The notes under the pieces were generated by a model that made no database searches, was not told the DNA's origin, and saw only the letters and a program-made list of their open reading frames with translations. Source: Eledone cirrhosa (Eukaryota). Taken from it: a stretch of 64,000 nt of DNA. The DNA lies in NCBI GenBank assembly GCA_964016885.1, contig CAXHJY010001418.1, positions 35,074 through 99,073 of the forward strand. The letters run 5' to 3'. Position 1 is the stretch's first letter, and every line of letters begins with the position of its first letter. A program made the position numbers and the translations under genes. Positions 1 through 12,994 of this stretch are shown here, piece by piece.

Positions 1-96
1 CATTCTCACTCTCACTCTCTTTCACTTTGGCTTTCTCTCAGCATCGTCTCTCACACTCTTAATCGGTGCCACTTTCCCTTATTTTCTCTCTCGCTC

Positions 97-895
<799 letters not shown>

Positions 896-1279
896 TCACA
901 GACACTCAACTTCACTCTTTATATTGCTCTCTATTCCATCAATCTGTACCACCACCTCCGCCACCTCCACCACCATCACTACAACCTCTTCTTACTATCT
1001 CTAACTCCATCTATCTTTAACTCCACCCTCCGTCTGTTTTTTCAATCTCTTTGCTTTTCTCCCCGAATCTCAACCAGCAGCCGCTCCCAGTCTCCCTCCA
1101 TCTCCCTCATCTCGCCCCACCGCTACCCTCTCCTTCCCTTGGAATCATATCCAAGAGTTGTCAGCGTGTCAGCGCCTGCCCCGCATCGATATGCTGACCC
1201 CTGTTGAACTCGGAGCAGCGTCAGAGCCGAGATAAGGGACACATCATTAGACAAAGGTTCAATTTCTGCCATCACCCTC

Positions 1280-1722
1280 CAACAAGCCAACCAACCTCCT
1301 AACCAACCAGCAAACCAACCGACCAACCATCCCAGCAGCTAAACAACCAGCCAACAAGGCAACAAATTCCTAACCAGCCAACCAGCCAACCAGCCAACCA
1401 ACCAGCCAACCAGCTAACCAACCATCAACCAGCCTACCAGCCAACCAACCAGCCAACCAGCCAACCAACCAGCCAACCATCCAACCAACCAACCACTTAA
1501 CCAACCAACCAGCCAACCAGCCCATCAGCCAGCCAGCTAACCAACCAACCAACCAGTCAACCAGCCAGCTAACCAACTAACCAGCCACCCAACCACCCAA
1601 CTAGCCAGCTAACCAACCAACCAACTGACCAATCAACCAACTAACCAACCAGCCAACCAACCAGCTAACCAACCAACCAGCCAGCCAGCTAACCAACCAA
1701 CCAACCAACCAACCAACCAATC
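1280..1722. repeat. Degenerate (CCAA/CCAG)n tetranucleotide repeat
   Basis: Directly visible. Confidence 0.95.
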
Positions 1723-1962
1723 AACGTTTCGACAGCTAGATCCGAACGCTGTATTAGTAATGAGTACTCTGGTGCGAAATCGTATAAATACCACCATATT
1801 ACTTGGACAGTCGGCTTGCTGATGATTTCTCCCGACTGAAACAGTTCTCGTCCTGTAGAAGCCATTTCTATATTATATATGTATACTCTGCTACGTAATG
1901 AGTACCTTACTTACTGTGGTTACTCCCAATTGAACCCGGGCTAAACTTATATATATATAAAT

Positions 1963-2208
1963 TATTTATTAAAATAACAGATTAAAGTTTAAGCAAAGAA
2001 TCGCTGATTTCACCCTTAACGGGATCTTCTGAAAAAGTTTCTGAAAAAGTTTCAGAAGATCCCGTTAAGGGTGAAAACAACGATTATTTGCTTAAACTTT
2101 AATCTGTTATTTTAATAAATATTTGCTGTAGGGTTCTTATATATTTGATATATGTTTGTCCTTATCGAGGACAAACATAATTTTAGTCTTCGCATTTATT
2201 ATTATTAC
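1963..2208 (+). mobile_element. Family A fold-back element in (TA)n (Penelope pLTR/retrozyme-like)
   Basis: Inverted arms ~1963-2034 and ~2050-2121, then aataaa and a T-rich tail. Related copies at 15535, 16036, 16696, 47912, 55075 and 56321. Confidence 0.85.
2046..2100 (+). ncRNA. Type I hammerhead-like motif, CAGAAGA core (family A)
   Basis: aaagttt-CAGAAGA-t-ccc(gttaa)ggg-t-GAAA-acaa(cgattat)ttgc-TT-aaacttt. Stem I is 7 bp. Stem III has one mismatch in this copy. Confidence 0.65.
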
Positions 2209-2231
2209 TATATATATATATATATATATAT

Positions 2232-2484
2232 GAGAGTATTGAAGTTTGCTTGAAGCATTGTGGAATAATAAGGTAAATTTCTTTAAGACGTTTGGAAGCC
2301 TCGACAATGCAGATGGGTAAATCTCCGGGTAACAGGATCCGGTGGTAGAGAGAGAGATGTAAGTGGGTGTACGTTTCATTCCTCTACACGTCTTATACAC
2401 GCCACGCATCTCAACATACACCCACTTACATCTCTCTCTCTACCACCGGATCCTGTTACCCGGAGATTTACCCATCTTAAAGAA

Positions 2485-2488
<4 letters not shown>
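2232..2488 (-). mobile_element. Family C fold-back element in (TA)n
   Basis: 61-bp inverted arms at 2311-2371 and 2417-2477, flanked by (TA)n. GAAACGTA lies on the minus strand at the inner end of the long arm. Confidence 0.75.
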
Positions 2489-2517
<29 letters not shown>

Positions 2518-2689
2518 CAATATCGGAGAAAGCTTTTTAGCGATACTCCGGCCAAATTCCAACTCACTCAACAAACATTAGGAAATAAGTGATTATATTC
2601 CCAATTATGCGTTCGGGGTGCTAACTAAAAGTATTGCGTGGAAAATTGGGTGTATTATTTCATATGAGACATATCGAATATATCTCTTT

Positions 2690-2814
2690 CCAGACGGACG
2701 TCTCGTTTCATTATAGGATTCCTACAATTTGGGTTAAATTATACCAATTTATGTAGGAGCTTGTATACCATCAATAGATATATATTCAAGTGGGCTCCTA
2801 TAATTCATCAGTGG
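2690..2814 (-). ncRNA. Type I hammerhead ribozyme motif, canonical CUGAUGA core, long branched stem II
   Basis: Minus strand: cca-CTGATGA-attatagga[~77 nt]tcctataat-GAAAcg(agacgtc)cGTC-tgg. Stem II is 9 bp and perfect. Stem I is only 3 bp. Confidence 0.75.
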
Positions 2815-2890
2815 GTGCCTCAATAATACTAATATTGATAATCTAACCAACATCAGTATATATATATACTAATACTGATAATCTAACCAA

Positions 2891-2953
<63 letters not shown>

Positions 2954-3093
2954 CGTAGTAAATAGGTAAAAAATTATCAAAATAGGGAGAGTAAACAAAA
3001 CCTTATTACATCAACTTATGATGTAACTATATCCCCTCTCGTCTACTTTATTATGACACCATTTGAATGATATCTTAATAAAGTTGAGAATCG

Positions 3094-3157
3094 CTGAATA
3101 TCTAACATGTTGGTCTCAGTGATTGATCTGAGATCTGGTTTTAGTGAAACAATTGTA
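3094..3157 (+). ncRNA. Degenerate hammerhead motif, apparently truncated by a SINE
   Basis: CTGAATA-t-ctaa..ggtctcag/ctgagatc..ttag-t-GAAAC(aatt)GTA. A SINE tail begins about 4 nt downstream. Confidence 0.55.
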
Positions 3158-3160
3158 ATC

Positions 3161-3330
3161 TAATTGTTTCTACTCTAGGCACAAGGCCAGCAAATACCCA
3201 GTGCATTACTGGTACTTTATTTTATCGACCCCGTAAGGATGAAAGGCAAAGTAAACCTCGGCGGGATTTGAACTCAGACCGTAAAGGGACGTAACTATGC
3301 TGGAAAGCATGGCGTCCGATACTGGCAATT
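3161..3330 (-). mobile_element. tRNA-derived MetaSINE-like SINE
   Basis: Reverse complement of gagttcaaatcccgccgagg (B box) and ctttgcctttcatccttacggggtcgataaaataaagtaccag (Meta/Sauria-type central domain). Confidence 0.9.
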
Positions 3331-3405
3331 TAATGTTACCATAAGTTAGTTTAAAAGTTTAAAAGTTTAAAACTTTATACATACATTCAAACACACACAC
3401 ACTCA

Positions 3406-3516
<111 letters not shown>

Positions 3517-3519
3517 GTG

Positions 3520-3598
<79 letters not shown>

Positions 3599-3634
3599 GT
3601 ATATATATATGAGTATATATATATATATATATAT

Positions 3635-3953
<319 letters not shown>

Positions 3954-4030
3954 AAAAATTGAACGGGAACAAAACAGAGAGGCAGTACGAACAAAGGTTT
4001 ATTAGTTTCACGCTCTTGAGAGTGGGGTGG

Positions 4031-4083
<53 letters not shown>

Positions 4084-4700
4084 ATATTTCGTGGTTATAT
4101 CTCACGTATTTGCATGCTGGATTTCTGGCTATTCAGTTCTGTTGTATACATGCAGTCTTGTCTGCTCTTTCCCCTCTAGCCAATTCCTTCAACTGCAGTT
4201 AGATGTCAAAGGATTTCAACATATTATCTTGTGTTGAAGTGTCATCCTTTCGCAATAGTAATCTCTTCTCATCCCGCTCTGGAGTTGTCATGCGCTTGAA
4301 TAAATGATCTCTAGGGCCTTTGTTTACAACTTTATCGATAAGCAGAATCAGTGATAAAGTGGCCCATGAATGAAATAGCATTGGGAATAAATGCATGAGA
4401 AGATCCTAAGTAATCAGTCTTAGAAATTGCGAGTTATCAAAATAAAGTGTACGAAATTTTCCTTGAAAATATTAACAGGCTTTATAACGCCTTCTTCCAT
4501 TCTGTCCGCAGCGGCTGTGGGAAGGCTACCAAGAGGAGCCCCATTTGTTCACCATACAGAGAGATGTAGGCGATGACAGTAGGGCCACGGCTTTTCCACG
4601 TTTGGACCATATCCTTGTGGCTGTGTTCATTATCTATAGCCACTAAAACTAATTATTACATATTGTTTTCAGTTAGTACTGTCAGTAGGGATGAAACTAT

Positions 4701-4889
4701 AATTGTTTCTACTTTTGGCACAATGCCAGCAATAAACCAGTACATTACTGGTACTTTAATTCATCGACACCGTAAGGATAAAAGGCAAAGTTAACCTCGG
4801 CTGGATTTGAACTCAGAATGTCATGGGTGTACCTCTATACGTCAAAGCATGGCGTCCGACCCTCTAGCGATACTACCAATCCGCCGCCA
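4701..4889 (-). mobile_element. MetaSINE-like SINE with 19-bp target-site duplication
   Basis: Same consensus as 3161. Flanked by gtagggatgaaactataat (4685-4703) and gtagggataaaactataat (4892-4910). Confidence 0.92.
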
Positions 4890-5000
4890 TTGTAGGGATA
4901 AAACTATAATACTCCTCAGTTCTGTTTGAAGTAGTGGGGTCAAACATATAATTCCTGTTCATTCTACTACGTGACATTAAATTTAGAAAGGGTTAAAATC

Positions 5001-5155
5001 AGGCTGCGAATTGACAGAATCGTAAGGACGTCGGATAGAATGCTTTGCAGTATTCTTTCCGACTCTCTTCTCTCTAAGTTCATAAATCTGCCAAGTACAA
5101 CTTTGATTTTCATCTTTTCGATGTCGATAAAAAGGTACCAGTCATGTACTGAGGA
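5001..5155 (+). mobile_element. Diverged MetaSINE-like SINE (older subfamily)
   Basis: ttgacagaatcgtaag head plus ctttgattttcatcttttcgatgtcgataaaaaggtaccagt. Confidence 0.8.
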
Positions 5156-5729
5156 CACTTTCTCATTTCCATTCTTTCACTCTCTCCTTCGTTAAAAGAA
5201 ACCTTCTATATTCAGATCTGGAGAAGAACTGGACTCTGTTAGTACTCATCTTTTCCCATGGAGGGTTCTAAACCCCACTGTCAGGCTAAAATTTCTTTAG
5301 TAAAATAAAACAGCGAAAGTTTCTATTCTAATATATATATATATATATATATGGTGGCTGCCAACTCGTTTTCGAGTACGACCACTACTTTATATACATG
5401 TAGGAGAACCCCTACCGATGCGCTGAACGAGTGTGACTTTTTAGTTCAGCCAACGACTTGAAAACTCTGGTACAAACACTACACTTGTGACAATTATTGA
5501 CACATAGTGCTGGGCCCATGGTACCATGTGACGACAAGTGCAGAGAGATCTCCAGATATAAAGCAATGCCTGTGCCGTGAAGCTTTTATAGTGAGCAAAG
5601 GCACTGCACAAAGCCAGTCCTATATATATATATATATATATGTGCCTTGAGTTTGACAGGACGATGATGATGATGTGAAGACAAACATAAGCTATAACAC
5701 AGGTCTACCGATTCTACCATTTCACTATA

Positions 5730-6696
5730 CTTGATGACGACCTTGATGATGGTGATGATGATGAAGATTATAATGTTGATGTTGATAATGATAATGTTGA
5801 TGACGACGATGATGATAGTGATGGTTATGGTGATGGTGATGATGATGATGATAATAATGATGGTATGTGAATATGATAATAATGATGGTTATGTGTGATA
5901 ATGAACCTTATGATGATGATGATGATGATGATGCAAAGGAGGAGTGTTGGAGAGGTACTCGATGATGAAAAAGAAAAAAAAGAGAAAAACCACCTCCTAC
6001 CACCACCACCACCACCACACCTACACCTAACACCACCACCACTACAACTACCACTACCACCACTACCACCACCACTACCACCACCCCTTCCACCACCACT
6101 ACAACTACCACTACCACCACCACCACTACCACCACCCCTACCACCACCCCTCCAACTACCAGCATCACCACAACCACCACCACTACCACCACCACTCCAA
6201 CTACCACTACCACCAGCACGACCACCAGCACCGCCACCGCCACCAGCACCAGCACCAGCACCAGCACCACCACCATCACCACCCCTACGACGACGACGAC
6301 CACCACCACCACCACTACCACCACCACTCCAACTACCACCACCACCACCACCACCACCAACCCTACGACCACCACTCCAACTACCACCACCACCACCACC
6401 ACCACTACATCAACAACAACACCGAGAACAACAATAGCAACACATTCAAAAACAAAACGATGTAGTAGAAGAAAAAGAAGAAGAAGAAGAAGAAGAAGAA
6501 GAAGAAGAAGAAGAAGAAGAAGAAGAAGAAGAACAAAGGAAATCTAAGGCGGAGTCGGTGTCGGCGGAACATCACTGGTTTTTGTGACTGATAAGACTGT
6601 ACATCTAATGAAACGGGTTGGGCAAACCTGATTGGTTGACATCTGGTCACGTTGTGGAGGTGGTGATAATAGTGATGGCGATAGGGGAGGGGTCGG

Positions 6697-6727
<31 letters not shown>

Positions 6728-6830
6728 GCTGATGGTGGTGCTGATGGGGGTGAGGTGGTGGTGGTGGTGGTGGTGGTGGTGGTGAGGGTGGAGGTGGAGG
6801 TGCTGGTGTTGTTTGAACTAAATTGAAGGT
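5730..6830. repeat. (GAT)n, (ACC/ACT)n, (GAA)n and (GGT)n low-complexity block with a small unique island at 6535-6660
   Basis: Directly visible. Confidence 0.9.
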
Positions 6831-6837
6831 TAGAAAA

Positions 6838-6879
<42 letters not shown>

Positions 6880-6933
6880 ATATATATATATATGTATACA
6901 TGTGCATACATATATATATATATACATATATAC

Positions 6934-6966
<33 letters not shown>

Positions 6967-7060
6967 GATGTATATATATATATATATATATAAAGATGTA
7001 TATATATATATATATATATAGATAGATGTATATATATATATACATACTTACACACACATA

Positions 7061-7172
<112 letters not shown>

Positions 7173-7357
7173 CATATATATATGTGGGCGGAGTATTTTA
7201 TCATACATGGCTATGCTGTACACCGGTAGGGGGCGACACCGGGTGTTGTTTTATTGTCAATATTATTGTTCTTGTTTTATTTCTACTCATTGTATTCATT
7301 AAACTTTTTTGTTTAGTGATTGTTTACTTGTTTTTTGGTTAAATCATGAGAGTTCCT

Positions 7358-9070
7358 AGTGGTCGTGATGGTGGTGGTGGTGGTGGTGGTGGTGGCGGTG
7401 TTGTTGGTGGTGGTGGTGGTGGTGGTGGTGGTGGTGGTGGTGATGGTGGTGGTGGCGGTGATGGTGGTGGTGGCGGTGGTGGTGGTGGTGGTGGTGGTGG
7501 TGGTTGTGGTGATGGTGGTGGTGGTGGTGGTGGTGTTGGTGGTGGTGGCAGTGGTGGTGGTGGTGATGGTGATGGTGGTGGTGGTGGTGGTTGTGGTGAT
7601 GGTGGTGGTGGTGGTGGTGGTTGTGGTGGTGTTGGTGGTGATGGTGGTGGTGGTAGTGTTGGTGGTTGTGATGGTGGTGGTTGTGGTGGTGGTGGTTGTG
7701 ATGGTGATGGTAGTTGTGGTGATGGTGTTGGTTGTGGTTGTGATGTTAGTGGCGGATGTGGTGGTGGTGGTGGCTGTTGTGGTGGTGGTGGTTGTGGTGG
7801 TTTAGACGGTGATGGTGGTTGTGGTAGTGGTGGTTGTGGCGGTGGTGGTGGTTGTGGTGGTGGTTGTGAGGGCGGAGTAGGTAGTGCTCGAGTAGATAGT
7901 CTTGGTGGTGCTTGTGTTGGGTCTTGTAGGGTTGGTGCACTTTTTGGCGCAGGTGCTGTTGGTCCTCGTGGTGGTGGTGGAGGCGGTGGTGCTGTTGGTC
8001 GCCGTGGTGGTGATGGTGTCGGTGTTGGTGGTGGTGGTGATGGTGTCGGTGTTGGTGGTGGTGGTGATGGTGTCGGTGTTGGTGGTGGTGGTGATTGTGT
8101 CGGTGTTGGTGGTGGTGGTGATGGTGTCGGTGTTGGTGGTTGTGATGGTGTCGGTGTTGGTGGTGGTGGTGATGGTGTCGGTGTTGGTGGTGGTGGTGAT
8201 GGTGTCGGTGTTGGTGGTGTCGGTGATGGTGGTCTCCGTGTTGGTGGTGTCAGTGTTGGTGGTGTTGGTGGTGGTGGTGGTGGTGACAAGGGTAGTGAGG
8301 TTGGTTGTTGTTGTTAGTGGCTATTGTGGTCATGCTGGTGTTTGTGGTGGTGATGGTGAGGGTTGTGAGGCTTGTGGTGGCTATGGTGGCGGTGGTGGTT
8401 GTTGTGACATTGGTGGTGAGGTTGGTTGTTGGTGGTGATAGTTGTGGTGATGGTGATGGTGGTGGTGATTGTGGTGGTGATGGTGGGGGTTGTGGTGGAT
8501 ATGGTGGTAGTGATTGTGGTGACACCGATGGTGAGGTTGCTTGTTGTTGTTATTGGTGGTGGTGGTGGCGGTGATTGTGGTGGACATGGTGGTGATGGTT
8601 GTGGTGAGGTTGAGGTTGTGAGAGGCCGCTGTTGTTTTTGGTGTAATGAATATTGTGGTGGTGTTGGCGTTGGTACTCTGACTCGTGTTATTGGTAACGG
8701 TATCGATGATGGTGATGATGATGATGGTGATAGTGATGATGATGGTGATGGTGATGGTGATGGTGATGATGATGGTGATGGTGATGGCGATGGTGATGAT
8801 GATGGTGATGGTGATGGTGATGGTGATGGTGGTGGTGATGGTGATGGTGATGGTGATGCTGATGTTGATGGTGATGGTGATGGTGATGGTGGTGGTGGTG
8901 GTGATGGTGATGGTGGTGGTGATGGTGATGATGATGGTGATGGTGATGATGATGGTGATGGTGATGGTGATGGTGATGGTGATGGTGATGCTAATGTCAG
9001 TAGTGTTAATGTTGTTGGTCATGTTATTGCTTGGAGTGGTGTTTGTGTTGGAACTGTGATTGTTATTGGT
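7358..9070. repeat. Degenerate (GGT/GAT)n array including ~27-bp higher-order units
   Basis: Directly visible. Unit ggtgatggtgtcggtgttggtggtggt at ~8009-8230. Confidence 0.92.
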
Positions 9071-9084
9071 TGTCATGATATCGG

Positions 9085-9840
9085 TGATGCTGCTGCTGTT
9101 GTCGTGCTGTTGGAGGTGCTGCTGTTGATGTTGGCGTGCTGTTGGAGGTGCTGCTGTTGATGTTGGCGTGCTGTTGGAGGTGCTGCTGTTGTGTTGGCGT
9201 GTTGTTGGAGGTGCTGCTGTTGATGTTGGCGTGTTGTTGGAGGTGCTGTTGGAGGTGCTGCTGTTGTTGTTGGCGTGCTGTTGGAGGTGCTGCTGTTGAT
9301 GTTGGCGTGTTGTTGGAGGTGCTGCTGTTGTGTTGGCGTGCTGTTGGAGGTGCTGCTGTTGATGTTGGCGTGCTGTTGGAGGTGCTGCTGTTGATGTTGG
9401 CGTGCTGTTGGAGGTGCTGCTGTTGATGTTGGCGTGCTGTTGGAGGTGCTGCTGTTGATGTTGGCGTGCTGTTGGAGGTGCTGCTGTTGATGTTGGCGTG
9501 TTGTTGGAGGTGCTGCTGTTGATGTTGGCGTGTTGTTGGAGGTGCTGTTGGAGGTGCTGCTGTTGTTGTTGGCGTGCTGTTGGAGGTACTGCTGTTGATG
9601 TTGGTGTGTTGTTGGAGGTGCTGCTGTTGATGTTGGCGTGCTGTTGGAGGTGCTGCTGTTGACGGCGTGCTGTTGGGGGTGATGCTGTTGTTGCTGGCGT
9701 GCTGTTGGAGGTGCTGCTGATGTCGTGCTGTTGGAGGTGCTGCTGTTGATGTTGGCGTGCTGTTGGAGGTGCTGTTGATGTTGTCGTGCTGTTGGGGGTG
9801 CTGCTGATGATGGCGTGCTGTTGGAGGTGCTGCTGGTCGT
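9085..9840. repeat. ~32-bp minisatellite (gctgttggaggtgctgctgttgatgttggcgt)n
   Basis: About 20 tandem units. The period is not a multiple of 3. Confidence 0.92.
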
Positions 9841-10294
9841 GGTGATGGTGGTGGTGGTGGTGGTGGTGTTGGCGTTCATGCTAAGTTTGGCTTTCATTGG
9901 AGGGTGTTGTTTGTGATGTTGCTGTTGCTGCTGTTGTTGGTGTTGTGTGGTGATGATGCTACGCTGGCCCTGGCCGTGGCTGTGGCTGTGGCTGTGGTCT
10001 TCTTGTGTTTGTGCTTTGGTGGAAGTGGTGTTGGCGCTGTCTGTGGGGCGGGGAATGTGATGTCAGGGGTATCTGGTTGTTGTAATTGTGAGGGGGTTGT
10101 GTGGCTCACGAGATAAGACAATAACATTTCACCCGCTTTTCATGCAAACCATCAAAGAAAACAAACCGAAAATTTAGAGAAAGAAACTCCACTAATAAAC
10201 CATACAGCCGTAATGTCTTCTTCATCATAAGTACCATCATCATCATGATCATCAGCATCCCCATCATCTCCATCTTCATCGTCATCGTCATCAT

Positions 10295-10672
10295 CGTATC
10301 GGTAGAGGGTCGGACGCCATGCTTTCCAGCATAGTTACGCCCCTTTACTATCTGAGTTCAAATCCCGCCGAGGTTGACTTTGCCTTCCATCCTTACGGGG
10401 TCGATAAAATAAAGTACCAGTAATACACTGGGATAATTGCTGGCTTTGTGCCAAAAGTAGAAACAATTATTATAATCAGCGGCGGATTGGCAGTATCGGT
10501 AGAAGGGCGGACGCCATGCTTTGCAGCATAGAGTTACGGCCCTTTATGATCTGAGTTCAAATCCCGTCGAACTTAACTTTGCCTTTCATCCTTAACGGGT
10601 CGATAAAATAAAGTACCAGTAATACACTGGCATAATTGCTTGCCTTGTGCCAAAAGTAGAAACAATTATTAT
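10295..10672 (+). mobile_element. Two tandem MetaSINE-like SINEs (~10295-10472 and ~10478-10672)
   Basis: Head ggattggcagtatcggtaga, B box, central domain and agaaacaattatt tail, each present twice (first head truncated). Confidence 0.92.
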
Positions 10673-10784
10673 AATCATCATCATTACCATCATGGGAATG
10701 CTCCTCCATTACGTTGCTATGGTAGAAAAGGTAGACCAGTCGCAATAGATACCTGGTTATACTACATAATAAAGATGTGTGTGT

Positions 10785-11096
10785 TCAAATCACGTAAAAG
10801 GCCGTAACTCTATGCTGCAAAGCATGGTGTGTGACGCCCTACCGATTCTGTCACCCATAACAATAATAACGATAATAATTGTTTCTTATATAGGCACAAG
10901 GCCAGCAATTTTGGGGGAGGGGATACTCGATTAAATAGACCCCCAGTGCATTACTGGTACTTTATTTTATCGACCCCGTAAGGATGAAAGGCAAATCTAA
11001 CCTCTGCGAGATTTGAACTCAGAACTTAAATGGCCATAACTCTATGCCGCAAAACATAGTGTCCGACGCTTTACCGATTCTGCCAATTTACTGCTC

Positions 11097-11132
<36 letters not shown>

Positions 11133-11347
11133 GTTTCTTATATAAGCACAAGGCCAGCAATTTTGGGGGAGGGGAAGTCGATTAAGCCGACCCCAGTGCA
11201 TGACTGGTACTTTATTTTATCGACCCCGTAAGGATGAAAGGCAAAGTTAACCTCGGCGGGATTTGAACTCAGACCATAAAGGGCCGTAACTCTTTGCTGC
11301 AAAGCGTGGCGTCCGCCCTTCTACCGATACTGCCAACCCACCGCCCT
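10785..11347 (-). mobile_element. Three MetaSINE-like SINEs (one partial) in (AAT)n
   Basis: Reverse-complement consensus at ~10785-10855, ~10877-11097 and ~11131-11347. Confidence 0.9.
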
Positions 11348-12344
11348 AATGATAACAATAATAATAATTATAATAATAATAATAAGAGTAATAATAACAA
11401 GGGGAAGGAAAAGAAGATAATGAAGAAGAAGAAGAAGAAAACATGAAGATAAAGAACAACAACAAAGATGAAGATGAAGAAGAAAAACAATAACAATAAA
11501 AGTTATGTGGGTTCAATTATCTCCCGTGGCCAGCTATGACACAGGCGACCTCTTCGTTTTGTGCACCGCCTAAGATTATTCTCGTCTTTCTTTCTCCGCC
11601 TCCACAGTTTCATTCACCTTAGATCTCCTTCTCCTGCACTCTCTATCTCTCTACCATTGTTGTGTCTGTTATTCCATCCTTCTCCTTTCCATTCTCCGTT
11701 TCTTCGCTCCCCCATTCATTTTCTCACTCTCTCTCTCTCTCTGTATCCATTATTTTCTTTTATCAGGTGAAGAAATTAAGATCTAATAAAGATAGAGGAA
11801 TAGATACGTTGTGGATGTTTGAAATTCTCTCTATTTATGTGTGTGAAAGTGTGTATGCGTGCGTATTTGTGTCTGTGTGTCCATATATGTGTGTACCCAT
11901 ATATGTGTGTACATGTATACGTTTGTGATTGTTCATTAAGTAGATTTTTTCGTATTCCTTTCTATCATTATTTAGAAGTCTTTCTCTTTTTTCCTTCTGT
12001 GCCAGATTGTTGACAAGATCATATTGAAAAGTCTATTGATAAAATAAATTAATAAGAGAATCAACAAAGAATTGAAAAGAACAATATGTTAGTAAAAAAA
12101 TATGGCAAATAAGTCAAATATATACACAAACACACTCGCAGGCATCCATATATGTATATATCATATATATAAATATCATATATATATATATATATATAGA
12201 TATATACACACACGTACGCTTGCACACGCGTATATATATTTGAAAATATATACATACACAGATGCACACTCTCACACATATATATTCGATATGAAATAGC
12301 TTATAAAACAGGGTGATGATCCTTAGAGATGGAAAAAGAAATTG

Positions 12345-12455
12345 ACATCGACCGCTGTTGAACAAGTTGTTGAAACGGCAAGAGCTCAGCCGTCTGGGTT
12401 TAGATTCTTTATAATATAACCATACACTACTGCCCCAAGTATCGCGCACCAGCAC
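12345..12455 (+). mobile_element. Diverged family-B-like element retaining a whole degenerate hammerhead
   Basis: accg-CTGTTGA-acaagttgtt-GAAACGGC(aagagctca)GCCGTC-tgggt, then ctactgccccaagtatcg, which resembles the family B tail. Confidence 0.6.
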
Positions 12456-12539
12456 TTAGTTTATTCACGAGTAGTGATGGGGTGTAGTTTGCGCATATAT
12501 TTGTAACAGTAAGTACTAATGTATTTCAAGATGCTTTGA

Positions 12540-12830
12540 TATCGGTGGGGTTGAGTGTGCATGTATAAAAAACCAGGCAAGTCGACAAATGGAAGATCAT
12601 GCGTGATCGCATCTCAGTTTGTGTTTTGGAGATCCATGTTATTAGATAGATGGCCTACATAGATTATTTTGAATTTAAGCTTTGCTTGGTAGAGCCCATA
12701 TCTACAGAGAACCATGTCATGATCTGAGATGAGAGATTCTCACACTGTAATATTATGGATTCCATCAATGTGGTTCCACTAAATCAAAAATACTTTCCTG
12801 ACATCTTTCTGGCACGAGTTGGGTAAAGAA
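12540..12830 (-). pseudogene. Decayed LINE (CR1/L2/Jockey group) AP-endonuclease C-terminal fragment
   Basis: Manual translation with frameshifts: PTR..IFDL..GIHNITV*ESLISDHDMVLC...N*DAITHDLPFVDL, matching the PTR/LDL/SDH motifs. Confidence 0.65.
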
Positions 12831-12960
12831 AACTCGACATTAAAGTGTTATATGTTAGAGCTTTTAATCCCCTCCCCCCAAACAAAAACACACGAAAAAT
12901 AAAGCGATGATGATAGATATTCTAGAAGTATATATATATATATATATATATACATAGTAA

Positions 12961-12993
<33 letters not shown>

Positions 12994-12994
<1 letters not shown>

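Noticed and set aside
6588-6635. ctgataag...gaaacggg hammerhead-like spacing
   Set aside because: Stem II does not pair and there is no UH at the required position.
9085-9840. CRISPR-like periodicity (32-bp repeat)
   Set aside because: The units are contiguous without unique spacers, there are no cas genes, and the context is eukaryotic.
7339-9897. Extensin-, glycine- or Gln-rich ORFs
   Set aside because: They come from GGT arrays and a 32-bp minisatellite whose period shifts frame with every unit.
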